Source of the DNA: Candidatus Onthoplasma sp.
GTDB taxonomy: Bacteria > Bacillota > Clostridia > Christensenellales > UBA1242
Assembly: GCA_045538675.1 (NCBI GenBank)
Contig: JAZSRW010000041.1
Span: forward strand, 1 to 39,017
Direction of reading: 5' to 3'
DNA: 39,017 bases
Numbering within the stretch: the first letter of the stretch is position 1; every line of letters begins with the position of its first letter. A model generated the notes under the pieces. The model was not told where the DNA came from and did not search any database. It saw nothing but the letters and a program-made list of their open reading frames with translations. Below, piece after piece: positions 15,714-25,292 of the stretch. Both the position numbers and the translations under genes were made by a program.

Positions 15714-16643
15714 CTATATAGCAGGTGTTACAACTGCAAATGGGAAGCGAGTTGCTTCGTCTTTGTTTAGTAAATTCGCTGGATTTGCAACTTCCCAACC
15801 AAGACGGAATGTAAATCTTAAAGCAATCATATCATCTTGCAATAGGTTGTAAAGCACTTTACCTTCTCCATCAGTAATTGAGCCAGTGTCAAACACTTCA
15901 AATGTCATATCTTCACGAATTGCATATACTGCTTGTTGGAAGTCACCTACCATAAATTTAGCAGTTTCATTGTTCCAAGCACCATTCTTTGCATACACTC
16001 TTGGTAATTGCATAACTTCACTTGTAGGAGATAAAGGTTGACCTGTACTATCTAACAAGCCCTCTCTAAATGCACCCTTAAGAGATACACCACCAATTAA
16101 GCCTGTTACATCGTAACCATCTTCTTCTACTTTGGTCATAGCCTTTGAAATCAAAGTATATGTTGTGTCATCTGCATTTTCTGGAACCACATTACCAGCA
16201 GTAATAGTTGATGGAATTAAACCATCTCTCCATTCAGCAGGTTTATTTTCGCCAAGTAAAATTGCTTCATCAATTAGTCTATAAGCATCTTGAATGATAA
16301 GTGGTTTAATTTGTCCCCAAATATCATATTTGCTATCATTAAATACATTTTTCTTAATTGGAACGATAACAGCAATTTCTTCTGCTTTAATCTTTTTACC
16401 TTTCCAACTTGCTCTTGTAGTTTGTTTTCTACCATTTGAAACACCTTCATCAACAAAGTATGTTACTGGTAAAGTGTCAAGTACATTCATACTTGCTGTT
16501 CCTGATACCATATCAGGCAATCTTCTCATTAATGGAAGTATTGTAGAATTTTGTGTAATACCTTGAACAATGCTATCTACAATCTCTTGTTCAGGTTGAA
16601 GAACTTTTGCGTCTTCGTTTGATATAATGTTATTGTATGCCAT
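15714..16643 (-). CDS. Major capsid protein (HK97-fold type)
   Basis: 309 aa, following the scaffold gene with a TAATG overlap. Position and size are typical. Confidence 0.8.
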   Translation of the reverse strand: MAYNNIISNEDAKVLQPEQEIVDSIVQGITQNSTILPLMRRLPDMVSGTASMNVLDTLPVTYFVDEGVSNGRKQTTRASWKGKKIKAEEIAVIVPIKKNVFNDSKYDIWGQIKPLIIQDAYRLIDEAILLGENKPAEWRDGLIPSTITAGNVVPENADDTTYTLISKAMTKVEEDGYDVTGLIGGVSLKGAFREGLLDSTGQPLSPTSEVMQLPRVYAKNGAWNNETAKFMVGDFQQAVYAIREDMTFEVFDTGSITDGEGKVLYNLLQDDMIALRFTFRLGWEVANPANLLNKDEATRFPFAVVTPAI

Positions 16644-17167
16644 TATTTTCTTTTACTCCTTATAAAATCGTTCATTTTTTCATTTTGTGATTTAGGTTGT
16701 GGTGTTCCACCCTCTAAATTAACATAAGTGCTTTGTTTTGGATTTAAAAACTCTTTATTGTCTTTTAAATACTCTTCCAAAGCAGTTTTAAAGTCCTTAC
16801 TCTCACTAGTCATTGATTGTACTTCGGTATAAATAAATTTAGCAAATTTTGGATTAACATTAGCACCACTAATTAAGCCCATCTTATCCGCTTCATCTTG
16901 TTTAGTAATTAAAGCATCATAATTCGCCTTTAAAGCGTCATAACTGCTTTGCAACTCTCCAAAACCTTTCGTGCTTTCTTCTAGGGCAGAAAACTTTGTT
17001 TGCAATTCAGTTAATTTCTTCTCGGCTTTTACTAACTTGTCCTTATCAACATATTTGTCACTTTTAAGATTAGCCAAATTAATTGTGTCCTTTGCCTCTC
17101 CTAGTTTTTGACTAAATTCTTCATAACTCAAAGAACCCTCGCCAAATAATGATTTCAATTCTTCCAT
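16643..17167 (-). CDS. Scaffolding protein
   Basis: 174 aa, helical and charged, immediately upstream of the capsid gene. It has a strong RBS (AGGAGGG) and its own promoter. Confidence 0.7.
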   Translation of the reverse strand: MEELKSLFGEGSLSYEEFSQKLGEAKDTINLANLKSDKYVDKDKLVKAEKKLTELQTKFSALEESTKGFGELQSSYDALKANYDALITKQDEADKMGLISGANVNPKFAKFIYTEVQSMTSESKDFKTALEEYLKDNKEFLNPKQSTYVNLEGGTPQPKSQNEKMNDFIRSKRK

Positions 17168-17266
17168 AATCTTAAACCCTCCTATATTTTTTTAAGCGAT
17201 AGTCTTGCACCTATCTTTTGGAAGTGTGCCATTTTAAGCGACTTGCACTTGTCTTATACTACTCAT

Positions 17267-17295
17267 ATTGTATCACATTTATCAAAAAATGTCAA
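17267..17295 (-). promoter_or_regulatory. Sigma-A-type promoter, class II, for the scaffold/capsid operon
   Basis: The reverse complement reads TTGACA TTTTTTGATAAATGTGA TACAAT. Confidence 0.55.
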
Positions 17296-17312
17296 ACATC
17301 TATGCCATAATA

Positions 17313-18380
17313 TTAAATTTTAGTTCGCCAATTATAGTATTTTAACCCATTTTTATCGCAAAATTCCTTTAACTGACTAGTTGCCATTGATATATTTCGA
17401 CTTATATTCTTTGCCAACATTTCTTCGCCTGCCTCTTCATAAACTGATTTGGCTTGCTTTAATTGTCTAATTGCACGTTCAAATTGCCTTTGTTGTTGAC
17501 TTAACGCATAATTCCTTTCCACTTCTTCCTTATCGTATTCGGTGGCGGTACTTTCTCCCTCATAACTCATTTGGAACTGGTGGTAACAATTTATTCCACC
17601 AATACCCAATAATTCGCCATAACCACACGTGCTTTCAAATTCTTCATATCCCTCAACTACTTCGCCATCTCGTGAATAATACACTTGTCCTTGCCAACTT
17701 GAGTGGTCTTCGTAATCGTGTGTCATATACTTATTCCAAGTTCTCGCAGTAGGGTGTGATGATACTTGTATAAACTTTGCACTTGACTTTTTAAAGTTCT
17801 CCATATTTACTTTTGCATTGGCTTGATTAACTTTATACATTACATCTCGCCTTAATACGTTTTCAATAGAGTAGTTTTTAGATTTACCACCACCAAAACT
17901 TTCGTAAATGGTTACACCCTTTTTAGCCAAGTCATTATACACTTGTTTTAATCGTTTATCCTTGTTGGCATAAGCACTATTGATATACGTGTAATCTTGC
18001 GAGTATTTATTAACCGCATTGTTTACTATCTTCTTGTTTAACTGGTTTAATATCGCCAACCCACTAATCAATGCTGGTGCAATTAAAGAATTTGCTTGGT
18101 TATTATCTACTGGTTGCCTTTCTTCAGTTTCGTGCTTAAACTCTTTTTCGTTATCCTTGACTGTCTTTTTCTTACTATCAGCAAATATAATCTGCAACAC
18201 CTTTTCTATTTGTGGATTGTAGTTGTCTACTTTATCCCTTATTTCTTGAAAGACCTTTTCAACACTTTCGCCTTGCTTTAATCGTTTAACTATGATTTTA
18301 AGAATATCGCCTTGTAGGTCGTTGTATACTTCTATCAATTCTCTTGGTAGTTCGTTTGCTAGGTAATTATATGTTTGCAC
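17313..18380 (-). CDS. Minor head protein (SPP1 gp7 / Mu F-like)
   Basis: Follows the portal. The C-terminal half contains GIGGINCYHQF, resembling the GGxNCRH motif of the MuF family. GTG start. Confidence 0.65.
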   Translation of the reverse strand: MQTYNYLANELPRELIEVYNDLQGDILKIIVKRLKQGESVEKVFQEIRDKVDNYNPQIEKVLQIIFADSKKKTVKDNEKEFKHETEERQPVDNNQANSLIAPALISGLAILNQLNKKIVNNAVNKYSQDYTYINSAYANKDKRLKQVYNDLAKKGVTIYESFGGGKSKNYSIENVLRRDVMYKVNQANAKVNMENFKKSSAKFIQVSSHPTARTWNKYMTHDYEDHSSWQGQVYYSRDGEVVEGYEEFESTCGYGELLGIGGINCYHQFQMSYEGESTATEYDKEEVERNYALSQQQRQFERAIRQLKQAKSVYEEAGEEMLAKNISRNISMATSQLKEFCDKNGLKYYNWRTKI

Positions 18381-18537
18381 TTAAGATTTCCTTAATAAGT
18401 TTCTTATTTGCACTTGTCATTTCCGCACGATAGAAGTCGCCATTTGACATTCTTATTTGATACATCTTTCCGTCATTAGTTATAGTTACGATTTGCTCAA
18501 CATTTATGTGTCTTTCGCCTAGTTTAATAAATTTCAT
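18367..18537 (-). CDS. Hypothetical 56-aa protein
   Basis: Internal ATG 18537 follows AGGAGA. The track start at 18579 lacks an RBS. Confidence 0.5.
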   Translation of the reverse strand: MKFIKLGERHINVEQIVTITNDGKMYQIRMSNGDFYRAEMTSANKKLIKEILSANI

Positions 18538-18734
18538 AAAATCTCCTAATAAATTTGTTATGAGCCATAGGACTTCCACCTATGAACGAAAGTTTTTCTT
18601 CTTGATTTGATAGTTTATAACCTTGCCCTATCATTGCTGGTGTTTCTTTTTCTGTAAACTTCTTCCAAACAGTTTTTGATACATCCTCAAGAATTGCTAT
18701 TTGTGTCTTTAACGAATTCCACCACTCATATTAT

Positions 18735-20135
18735 TTATTCGCTAAACCAATTTGCTTGTGTTTGTTTATTCTCTTCTTCTATTTTAGCAATCTTTTCTTT
18801 TGCAGTTTTTTCATCTTCGTTATACCATTTCATACGATATTCAACCTTTGACATAACACCCATATTAACATCTTGTCTGTCTGTCATCTTCATTGTTTCT
18901 TTATCTTCAATGATACTATCATCAAACTTGACTTCAATATTTGCGTCTAAATCAAACTTGAAACTATCTCCAGTAAATGTATTGTGAATATACATCAAAG
19001 CCTTACAAACACCGATTATAACCTCATTAAGTATAATTTCGTGCTTTTTCAAACTTCTAAACATTTCGCTATTCTCACTAATAACTTGTGTAGCAGTTGT
19101 TATGCCACCCTTGTCAAATCTATAATGATTTTCCCCAAATCCTACTTTACTGCTTAATAGATTAAGTGCATTGTTTATTCCGCTAAAGTAACTTTCCGTT
19201 CTTAATGTTGGAGAATAGAACTCAAATGGTTTAGCATTTTCCGCCTCTCCGCCATAGTAAAAACCGCTTTCGTTGTTATCAAATGTCTTTGTTTCGCCAT
19301 TTTCATCATATCGCACTAGGTTTTTATTAACAAATATCCTTGACCTGCCTAGTCGCATTTCTTCACAAAAGCCATCATAAGCCAAGTCAACACCTTGCAA
19401 CACATCTAAAGCATTTGCATAAATTGATATTCCCATTGGAGAGTTAATATCTACGTTATTAGCAATATTTGGTTTGTAGATTTGATACCAAGCCAATTTA
19501 CTTCCAGTATTAAATACTTCTTGTTTAACCATATTGCCAATACTTTCGCTTGTATCACTTTGTTGCTTTTCGTAAATCCTAGTTAAAATTACATAATTGC
19601 CTTTTTTGTCTAACTCTAACTTATCTTCAAATACCCTACCTTTAATATGCATTTGAATAGTTGTTTTATTAGAACTAACATTAACAAAGGCACACTCAAT
19701 TATCTTGTCTTGGTCAAAAGTTATAGGGTATATCTTGTTGCGTGTAACAAATTGCAATCTTGCTTTACTATCAGCATCTACGCTTTCTACAAATGCACCA
19801 GTACCTAACGCAAATGTCTTTTCTACACCCTCATTACCTTTAGTCCAAAACTTAACCTTGTTTAACAATGCCCATAAGTTCTCTTGTTGTACATCATCTC
19901 CCAATACAACATCAGTTTTTTCATTAAGCAATAAATTTGCCCAATCTTCACATACCTTTTTAGGCATATTCAAGGTTTTTCTAGTTCGCTTAATGTTGTT
20001 ATTTCCATTATACTCTTGATAATGGTGGAACTTGTCAACATCTCCCTTGTAGTATTGCAACCATAAGTCAGTAAAATCCGTTAATGCAACAACATCTTTC
20101 CCAGTAACTTCTTTAATAACACCTTCAATAGTCAT
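18735..20135 (-). CDS. Portal protein (SPP1 gp6-like)
   Basis: 466 aa, downstream of TerL. Size and position are typical. RBS is AAGGAGA. Confidence 0.8.
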   Translation of the reverse strand: MTIEGVIKEVTGKDVVALTDFTDLWLQYYKGDVDKFHHYQEYNGNNNIKRTRKTLNMPKKVCEDWANLLLNEKTDVVLGDDVQQENLWALLNKVKFWTKGNEGVEKTFALGTGAFVESVDADSKARLQFVTRNKIYPITFDQDKIIECAFVNVSSNKTTIQMHIKGRVFEDKLELDKKGNYVILTRIYEKQQSDTSESIGNMVKQEVFNTGSKLAWYQIYKPNIANNVDINSPMGISIYANALDVLQGVDLAYDGFCEEMRLGRSRIFVNKNLVRYDENGETKTFDNNESGFYYGGEAENAKPFEFYSPTLRTESYFSGINNALNLLSSKVGFGENHYRFDKGGITTATQVISENSEMFRSLKKHEIILNEVIIGVCKALMYIHNTFTGDSFKFDLDANIEVKFDDSIIEDKETMKMTDRQDVNMGVMSKVEYRMKWYNEDEKTAKEKIAKIEEENKQTQANWFSE

Positions 20136-20145
20136 ACTTATCTCC

Positions 20146-20358
20146 TTATTTAAAATTAGAACACATTATTTCATTCCATTTTTGTGGATATTGTGGATAA
20201 TATTCTTTTATTGGCGTTGTTATATGTGTCGTATTTCTAACACCATCTTTATAACCATCATTATACCCCTCTTTTTTTGCTTGCTCTAATAACGCTTCCA
20301 ATTCTTCTTTAGTAAATTCTATTTTATTGTCTTTAATTTCTTTATAAACAATTATCAT
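20146..20358 (-). CDS. Hypothetical 70-aa protein
   Basis: RBS is GGAGAG. It lies between TerL and the portal. Confidence 0.6.
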   Translation of the reverse strand: MIIVYKEIKDNKIEFTKEELEALLEQAKKEGYNDGYKDGVRNTTHITTPIKEYYPQYPQKWNEIMCSNFK

Positions 20359-20367
20359 AAAACTCTC

Positions 20368-21711
20368 CTATACCATATATTTTAAATCGTTTAAGTGTGG
20401 CTCATATGAATATTCAAAACTATCCAGTATATCCACACAATAACTGCCATTATCTAATCGTTCGTCCTCGTGTCCTTCTTTATTGTTCCACACTGCTTGA
20501 CACAATGCCTCAACCAACTCATCACACTCGCCCTCAACAATATGGAACTTGCCCAATGCCATCAGTTTAAGCAATAAGTTTATTCGTTGATTAATTGGAT
20601 ACTTCCTAGCATTGTTAACACTAACTGGTGTAGAACTCTTTGCAATAGCACTCTTTAACCCAGCAATTAAAACTTGTTCCGCACTATCACAATAACAATC
20701 CCCACCCTTGTTATATTCATTATAGCACATTTTAACAAAATTTACAAACAATTCAGCCAATTTGTCAGGAGTTATTTTACCCTCGTACGTTTTTGCCTTT
20801 AAAGGTATTACATCTTTTAACCCATAAGTAAATCCAGTACAAGTAAATGCGTGCCTTGAGCCATTACCACCAAAGTCCACTCCAAACTTAATATGCGACA
20901 ATCTATATTTCGGCGGTTGCCCATCTTTACCAATAACATCTTCTTTCTTAATCATATATCGGTCAGTATGGTCTGCAAAGTCCTGATATATCAAACCCTC
21001 TGCCACACAACGCATACCCATAATATCTCGTTTATACCAAATTGTATTAGGGTCATACATTGACTTGATTTCTTCTCGTCTGTCATCACTAATAGACAAG
21101 TTGTCATCAATAGTAAAGTGTGCATAGTTATATCCACCAAGCAAACCCTCTTTTTCGTATTTATCTATGTACTGTGTGTAAATCTTATGCTTTGGACTGC
21201 TAGGGTTTAAATCCCATAATATCTTAATCTCTTTACTCGCTACTTGTCTTGCTAATGCTACTTTAATAAAACTTGTTTTACTATCATCACAATCGTAGTG
21301 TTCGTTTATTTCCGTTGCTATCCATAAACCATAAGAGTTACCCAGTATCTTCTTATAACTATCGGCTTTACCACCACCTGCAAATACAACAACTTTTTCG
21401 CCAGTCTTTGTCTTTATGTATAGTGCTTCATTGTCTTTAAACTTACCCCACTTACATCTACCTGCAAAAAGGCACTCCAACCCAAATCCGTTGCAGTAAC
21501 CTATGTTTAACTTTGCATTTGCTATTGTACTTCCACTCGCTAAGTGTATCTTATCTTCGCAAGTTTCCAAGTACATACAGGCAATTATGCAGTTGTCTAT
21601 TGTCTTACCTGCACGAACACTGCCCTCTGCTACACTCATCTTACAATCAAGTGCGTCATTGATATAGTCTATGTGCTTATCACTAAAAGGACACCATTGT
21701 ATGTTTTGCAT
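20368..21711 (-). CDS. terL: Terminase large subunit
   Basis: 447 aa with a Walker A-like GSVRAGKT near the N-terminus and a C-terminal nuclease-like region ending ...YCVDILDSFEYSY. Confidence 0.85.
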   Translation of the reverse strand: MQNIQWCPFSDKHIDYINDALDCKMSVAEGSVRAGKTIDNCIIACMYLETCEDKIHLASGSTIANAKLNIGYCNGFGLECLFAGRCKWGKFKDNEALYIKTKTGEKVVVFAGGGKADSYKKILGNSYGLWIATEINEHYDCDDSKTSFIKVALARQVASKEIKILWDLNPSSPKHKIYTQYIDKYEKEGLLGGYNYAHFTIDDNLSISDDRREEIKSMYDPNTIWYKRDIMGMRCVAEGLIYQDFADHTDRYMIKKEDVIGKDGQPPKYRLSHIKFGVDFGGNGSRHAFTCTGFTYGLKDVIPLKAKTYEGKITPDKLAELFVNFVKMCYNEYNKGGDCYCDSAEQVLIAGLKSAIAKSSTPVSVNNARKYPINQRINLLLKLMALGKFHIVEGECDELVEALCQAVWNNKEGHEDERLDNGSYCVDILDSFEYSYEPHLNDLKYMV

Positions 21712-21715
21712 TTAG

Positions 21716-21934
21716 TTATTCCTCGTCGTTTATGACTTTAATTTCAACTTTTACTGGTTTATAATTTTGCAACTTGTAATTATCAACAGTTTCTTGTGCT
21801 TCGCTTTCGCAACTTTCCCTAAGGGCATAAAGTAATCTATCATCGCAGAGATGTCTTATTCTATTTCCACATTTTCTAGTCCTTACATAAAATTTCCCAT
21901 CATCTCTTTGTATAACCCAAACATTTTCTACCAT
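21716..21934 (-). CDS. Hypothetical 72-aa protein between TerS and TerL
   Basis: RBS is GGAGAAG. Confidence 0.6.
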   Translation of the reverse strand: MVENVWVIQRDDGKFYVRTRKCGNRIRHLCDDRLLYALRESCESEAQETVDNYKLQNYKPVKVEIKVINDEE

Positions 21935-21938
21935 TTTC

Positions 21939-22427
21939 CTACTTCTCCTTTCTTCTAATCAAATCAGCAAGTGGCGTTAAATCTTCAAAACCTCTAATGT
22001 CAACATTGGTTTCAACCTTATCTCTCCAATTATCAGGTTTCCTATTCTTTAACCAAAATATTTGTGCAGTAGTATCGGCAGGCACGTGAATTTCATCAAA
22101 GCCAGTTTTTAAATGTTCCACTTCCTTTATCTTGCGACCATCTTCTCCATAAATCACTTCTCTACATTTAAAGGTTTTTTGCACCATAACATTGTATCCA
22201 AGTGCTTTTTTGAATAACGCATTTTCTACTTCAATATCAACAACTTCCTTACCCTTTTTTAAGGCATCACAAATAGCACTATACTTGTTAGACCATTCGT
22301 ATAGTGTTTTTACGGTTATTCCCATATTATGAGCAATTTGTTCATTGGTTAAGCCATCTCTTGCCCACGCTTGTATTCTTGTCAAACCTTCTTCAGTCAA
22401 CCAATCTTTGTAAACCCCTTTTGCCAT
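21939..22427 (-). CDS. terS: Terminase small subunit
   Basis: N-terminal HTH (GLTNEQIAHNMGITVKTLYEWSNKY), 162 aa, immediately upstream of TerL. Confidence 0.75.
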   Translation of the reverse strand: MAKGVYKDWLTEEGLTRIQAWARDGLTNEQIAHNMGITVKTLYEWSNKYSAICDALKKGKEVVDIEVENALFKKALGYNVMVQKTFKCREVIYGEDGRKIKEVEHLKTGFDEIHVPADTTAQIFWLKNRKPDNWRDKVETNVDIRGFEDLTPLADLIRRKEK

Positions 22428-22447
22428 ACTACCTCCTTTTATTGTTA

Positions 22448-22912
22448 TTATAACATAAGATTATTTAAAATCAATAGTTCTTTTACCTTATTCCAACATT
22501 CTTTATCATTAAAATTTTCGCAATCTTGTTCATTTAAATTATCGCTAACAATTTTTAATGAATATATCTTCTTATGTGGCAATAATGCTATCTTATATAG
22601 TTCCATATCATATATGCTTGGAAACTTAACAAATGGTTTTGTTATAAACTCATCACTTGTATAGCATCTAACTCTGTCAACCCCAAACTTTTTATTTATG
22701 TGCTTTTTGCCTCTTGGTTTTCTGCAAAACACATCACTAGGCTCAACTATTGTCCCCACTTTAATATCATAAGCACCACAATATCCTAGATTTACAAGTG
22801 TGTCATCTTTTGTTGTTGTTGGCATATCCGTTCCATTTATTCCTATAATGTACTTATTTGGCACATCTATCATATCTGCTTCTCTTTGCATCGCAAATAA
22901 ATATTTAATCAC
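22448..22912 (-). CDS. Miniature PNP_UDP_1-fold protein resembling MTA/SAH nucleosidase (154 aa)
   Basis: By-eye alignment to MtnN-type motifs gives four matches: IKYLFAMQREA ~ IGIIGAMEEE, VNLGYCGAYD..VGTIVEPSDV ~ INTGSAGG..VGDIVVSDE, RCYTSDEFIT ~ VSGDAFIN, IYDMELYKIA ~ VEMEATAIA. The GTG start overlaps the MTase stop (TAGTG). Confidence 0.55.
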   Translation of the reverse strand: MIKYLFAMQREADMIDVPNKYIIGINGTDMPTTTKDDTLVNLGYCGAYDIKVGTIVEPSDVFCRKPRGKKHINKKFGVDRVRCYTSDEFITKPFVKFPSIYDMELYKIALLPHKKIYSLKIVSDNLNEQDCENFNDKECWNKVKELLILNNLML

Positions 22913-24345
22913 TATAACATCTCCTTAAATATTGCCATTAACACATCTACAACAATACTATCTCCTGCAAGATGGTATAAACTTGCATTTGATTGATTTT
23001 GTGATATCTTATCAAAGTCTTTATCTTTTACACCCATTAATCTAAAACACTCTTTAGGTGTGAGTTTTCTTATTCTTAAATCGTTATATATATTGTTTAA
23101 ATTTACAACAATTCCCAAACAGTCACACCTAGTATCAAGTGTTGGACTACAGTCCTTGCTTTCCTTGTTGCTAGCATAAAACTTATTCATTCGATTGTTG
23201 CTATATGAGTGCCTAATGACATCTCCTTCTTGCACCATATTACGTGTAATAAGTTTATTGCATAGCCTTCTTTTTAAATTTATGTTTTCTCTAATTTCAC
23301 CAAGTGTGTATTCTTTTTGATTATCATCTATAACAAAATTTGTAATATCGGCTCTTTGGCTCTCTGCACCCCTACAAGATATTGTTTTTGCTATTGATGG
23401 ATTTACTTTTCTATCTGCCAAATCCCCTCGTTTGGTATTGTCGCACACTCTGTTACAATCAAAAGCATAGACAAGTTGTTTGTCGCTTAAATAATACTTT
23501 TCATCAACGCCACATTCTAATAGGTCTTTAAGTTTTGTTTTCAATTTCTTTGTTAATGGAAACTCATACCAATAATCTCCTAACATTGACACCATAAAAC
23601 ATCTTTCTCTATTTTGTGGAACACCAAAATCTTTTGCATTTAATACTTGCCACTTATTTTTATATCCTAATTCTTCCAACTTTTCTAACCATTTAGCAAA
23701 GTGTTTAATGTTATTTGTTCCTATAACCTCTGGCACATTCTCCATTACAAGAACTTGTGGCAATTCTCTATTCTCTTGTTTTAATTCTTCCAATATTCTT
23801 TCAACTTCCCAAAGCATACCGCTACGAGTTCCACTGCCCTTTTCCATACCTTTCCCTAAACCTGCAGAACTTAAATCTTGACAAGGAAATGAATATGTCA
23901 TCATATAGCAATATTTATCGGTGTCCACAATTTCAAAATCCTTTCCTTTTGCTTGTTGAATATTTACTAAATTGTGCGTTGCTTGAATGTTGTTATAAAT
24001 AGTTCTTGCCTTTTCTTCCCCAAGTCGTTTAACTTGTTCAAAAGTCATTGGCTCATTATAGTTTGCACTAATACCTTTATTTGTTAAATAATCAAATACT
24101 TGTTCTTTTGTTAAACCTTTTGAATAATCGTTATTATCATCTTGAAAGTGTGCATCTTTATATGCTTGTATTGATTTAACCGCCCACTCGCATAGTTTCC
24201 ATTGTTCAAAATTTACTCCAAGATACTCTAATGCAAAGTGTTGACTTCCATAACCACCAAACAATTCAATCAATCTTATAGGTTTATTTATTTTAAACTT
24301 TGTCGTTCCATCAAACAAACTAACTTGACCTTTTATTGTTTCCAT
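22912..24345 (-). CDS. DNA (cytosine-5)-methyltransferase with a long target-recognition region
   Basis: Motifs I (ELFGGYGS), IV (SFPCQDLS), VI (ENVPEV) and VIII (QNRERCFMV) are present, with about 200 aa before the C-terminal motifs. Confidence 0.9.
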   Translation of the reverse strand: METIKGQVSLFDGTTKFKINKPIRLIELFGGYGSQHFALEYLGVNFEQWKLCEWAVKSIQAYKDAHFQDDNNDYSKGLTKEQVFDYLTNKGISANYNEPMTFEQVKRLGEEKARTIYNNIQATHNLVNIQQAKGKDFEIVDTDKYCYMMTYSFPCQDLSSAGLGKGMEKGSGTRSGMLWEVERILEELKQENRELPQVLVMENVPEVIGTNNIKHFAKWLEKLEELGYKNKWQVLNAKDFGVPQNRERCFMVSMLGDYWYEFPLTKKLKTKLKDLLECGVDEKYYLSDKQLVYAFDCNRVCDNTKRGDLADRKVNPSIAKTISCRGAESQRADITNFVIDDNQKEYTLGEIRENINLKRRLCNKLITRNMVQEGDVIRHSYSNNRMNKFYASNKESKDCSPTLDTRCDCLGIVVNLNNIYNDLRIRKLTPKECFRLMGVKDKDFDKISQNQSNASLYHLAGDSIVVDVLMAIFKEML

Positions 24346-24356
24346 CTAATTCCCTT

Positions 24357-24674
24357 TTAACTTTTAGGCATTTCATAAACAACTGTTGACAACTCTTTTA
24401 TATCAATGCCATTTTTACTACCCACCAATGCATAACAATTTGTTAATTCTGCATCTTTCTTATTTTCTTTAATGTTATTAGTTAATGCAAAAATTTGAGG
24501 TGTTAATAACTTTTGTATCTCATCAAGCACTTCTAATGCTCGTTCCGCTGTTTCATATATCCCAAGCACATTTATTCTATCATTTATTGTACACCCATAT
24601 TCTCTAACATTTAAGTAAACATAATCAACTCGTATAAGCATATCTCTATCTTGGTTTCTAATCCACAAATCCAT
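24357..24674 (-). CDS. Hypothetical 105-aa protein
   Basis: Internal ATG 24674 follows AGGAGGAA. Confidence 0.6.
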   Translation of the reverse strand: MDLWIRNQDRDMLIRVDYVYLNVREYGCTINDRINVLGIYETAERALEVLDEIQKLLTPQIFALTNNIKENKKDAELTNCYALVGSKNGIDIKELSTVVYEMPKS

Positions 24675-24858
24675 TCCGTTCCTCCTTATTCTCCAACTTA
24701 TCTTCCAACGCATTTAGCACATCTTCTATCTCTAGCACACATTTAGGACAAATCTCATACACCTTTAATGGTTTTATATTCGTACCCATACCAATTATGC
24801 CATAGTTTTCAGTTATTTCTTCCCCACACTTATCGCATATAACTTTTTCAACTTTCAT
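24658..24858 (-). CDS. Small zinc-ribbon protein (CxxC...CxxC)
   Basis: Contains CDKC ... CPKC. RBS is GGAG. Confidence 0.6.
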   Translation of the reverse strand: MKVEKVICDKCGEEITENYGIIGMGTNIKPLKVYEICPKCVLEIEDVLNALEDKLENKEERNGFVD

Positions 24859-24860
24859 AC

Positions 24861-25016
24861 CTATACTCCGTATTTTAAAATTTTACTAACTTCTTCTTTT
24901 GGTATTCTCCAACTTCCGCCAACTCGTATTGCCTTGATTTTACCATCTGCAATCTTGCGACATATTGTCATTCTGCTGACATTTAATAGTTTTACCAAAT
25001 CTGCAATCTTATACAT
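24861..25016 (-). CDS. Excisionase/MerR-type (HTH_17-like) small DNA-binding protein, 51 aa
   Basis: MYKIADLVKLLNVSRMTICRKIADGKIKAIRVGGSWRIPKEEV. ATG 25016 follows AAAAGGAG and has its own promoter. Confidence 0.65.
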   Translation of the reverse strand: MYKIADLVKLLNVSRMTICRKIADGKIKAIRVGGSWRIPKEEVSKILKYGV

Positions 25017-25035
25017 ATCTGCTCCTTTTGTTATT

Positions 25036-25064
25036 ATTGTATCATATTGTATCAATTATGTCAA
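25036..25064 (-). promoter_or_regulatory. Sigma-A-type promoter, class II
   Basis: The reverse complement reads TTGACA TAATTGATACAATATGA TACAAT. Confidence 0.5.
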
Positions 25065-25252
25065 GCAAAACACAACGCTTTTCTAACATCTGCAATCTTG
25101 CCCAGCATTAAATTGATTACACTATCAACATCTCCGCCTTTTACATACTTTGTAAACACTTCATTTGATGTCGATGTCCTTGTTACTTTGTAGAACTTTT
25201 TTCCTACAACCTCACTTGTTACTTTAATGTTTCCTTTTCTTACTATATACAT
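25061..25252 (-). CDS. Hypothetical 63-aa protein
   Basis: Internal ATG 25252 follows AAAGGGGGAAAT. The track start lies in the promoter. Confidence 0.55.
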   Translation of the reverse strand: MYIVRKGNIKVTSEVVGKKFYKVTRTSTSNEVFTKYVKGGDVDSVINLMLGKIADVRKALCFA

Positions 25253-25292
25253 ATTTCCCCCTTTTATGATATTTGTTATATCATATATATAC

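Noticed and set aside
24861-25016. Excisionase-like HTH gene considered as evidence for a temperate lifestyle or integration module.
   Set aside because: I could recognise no integrase, recombinase, CI/Cro-type switch or attP-like repeat on either strand. HTH_17-type proteins also act as simple transcription regulators, so lysogeny is not supported.
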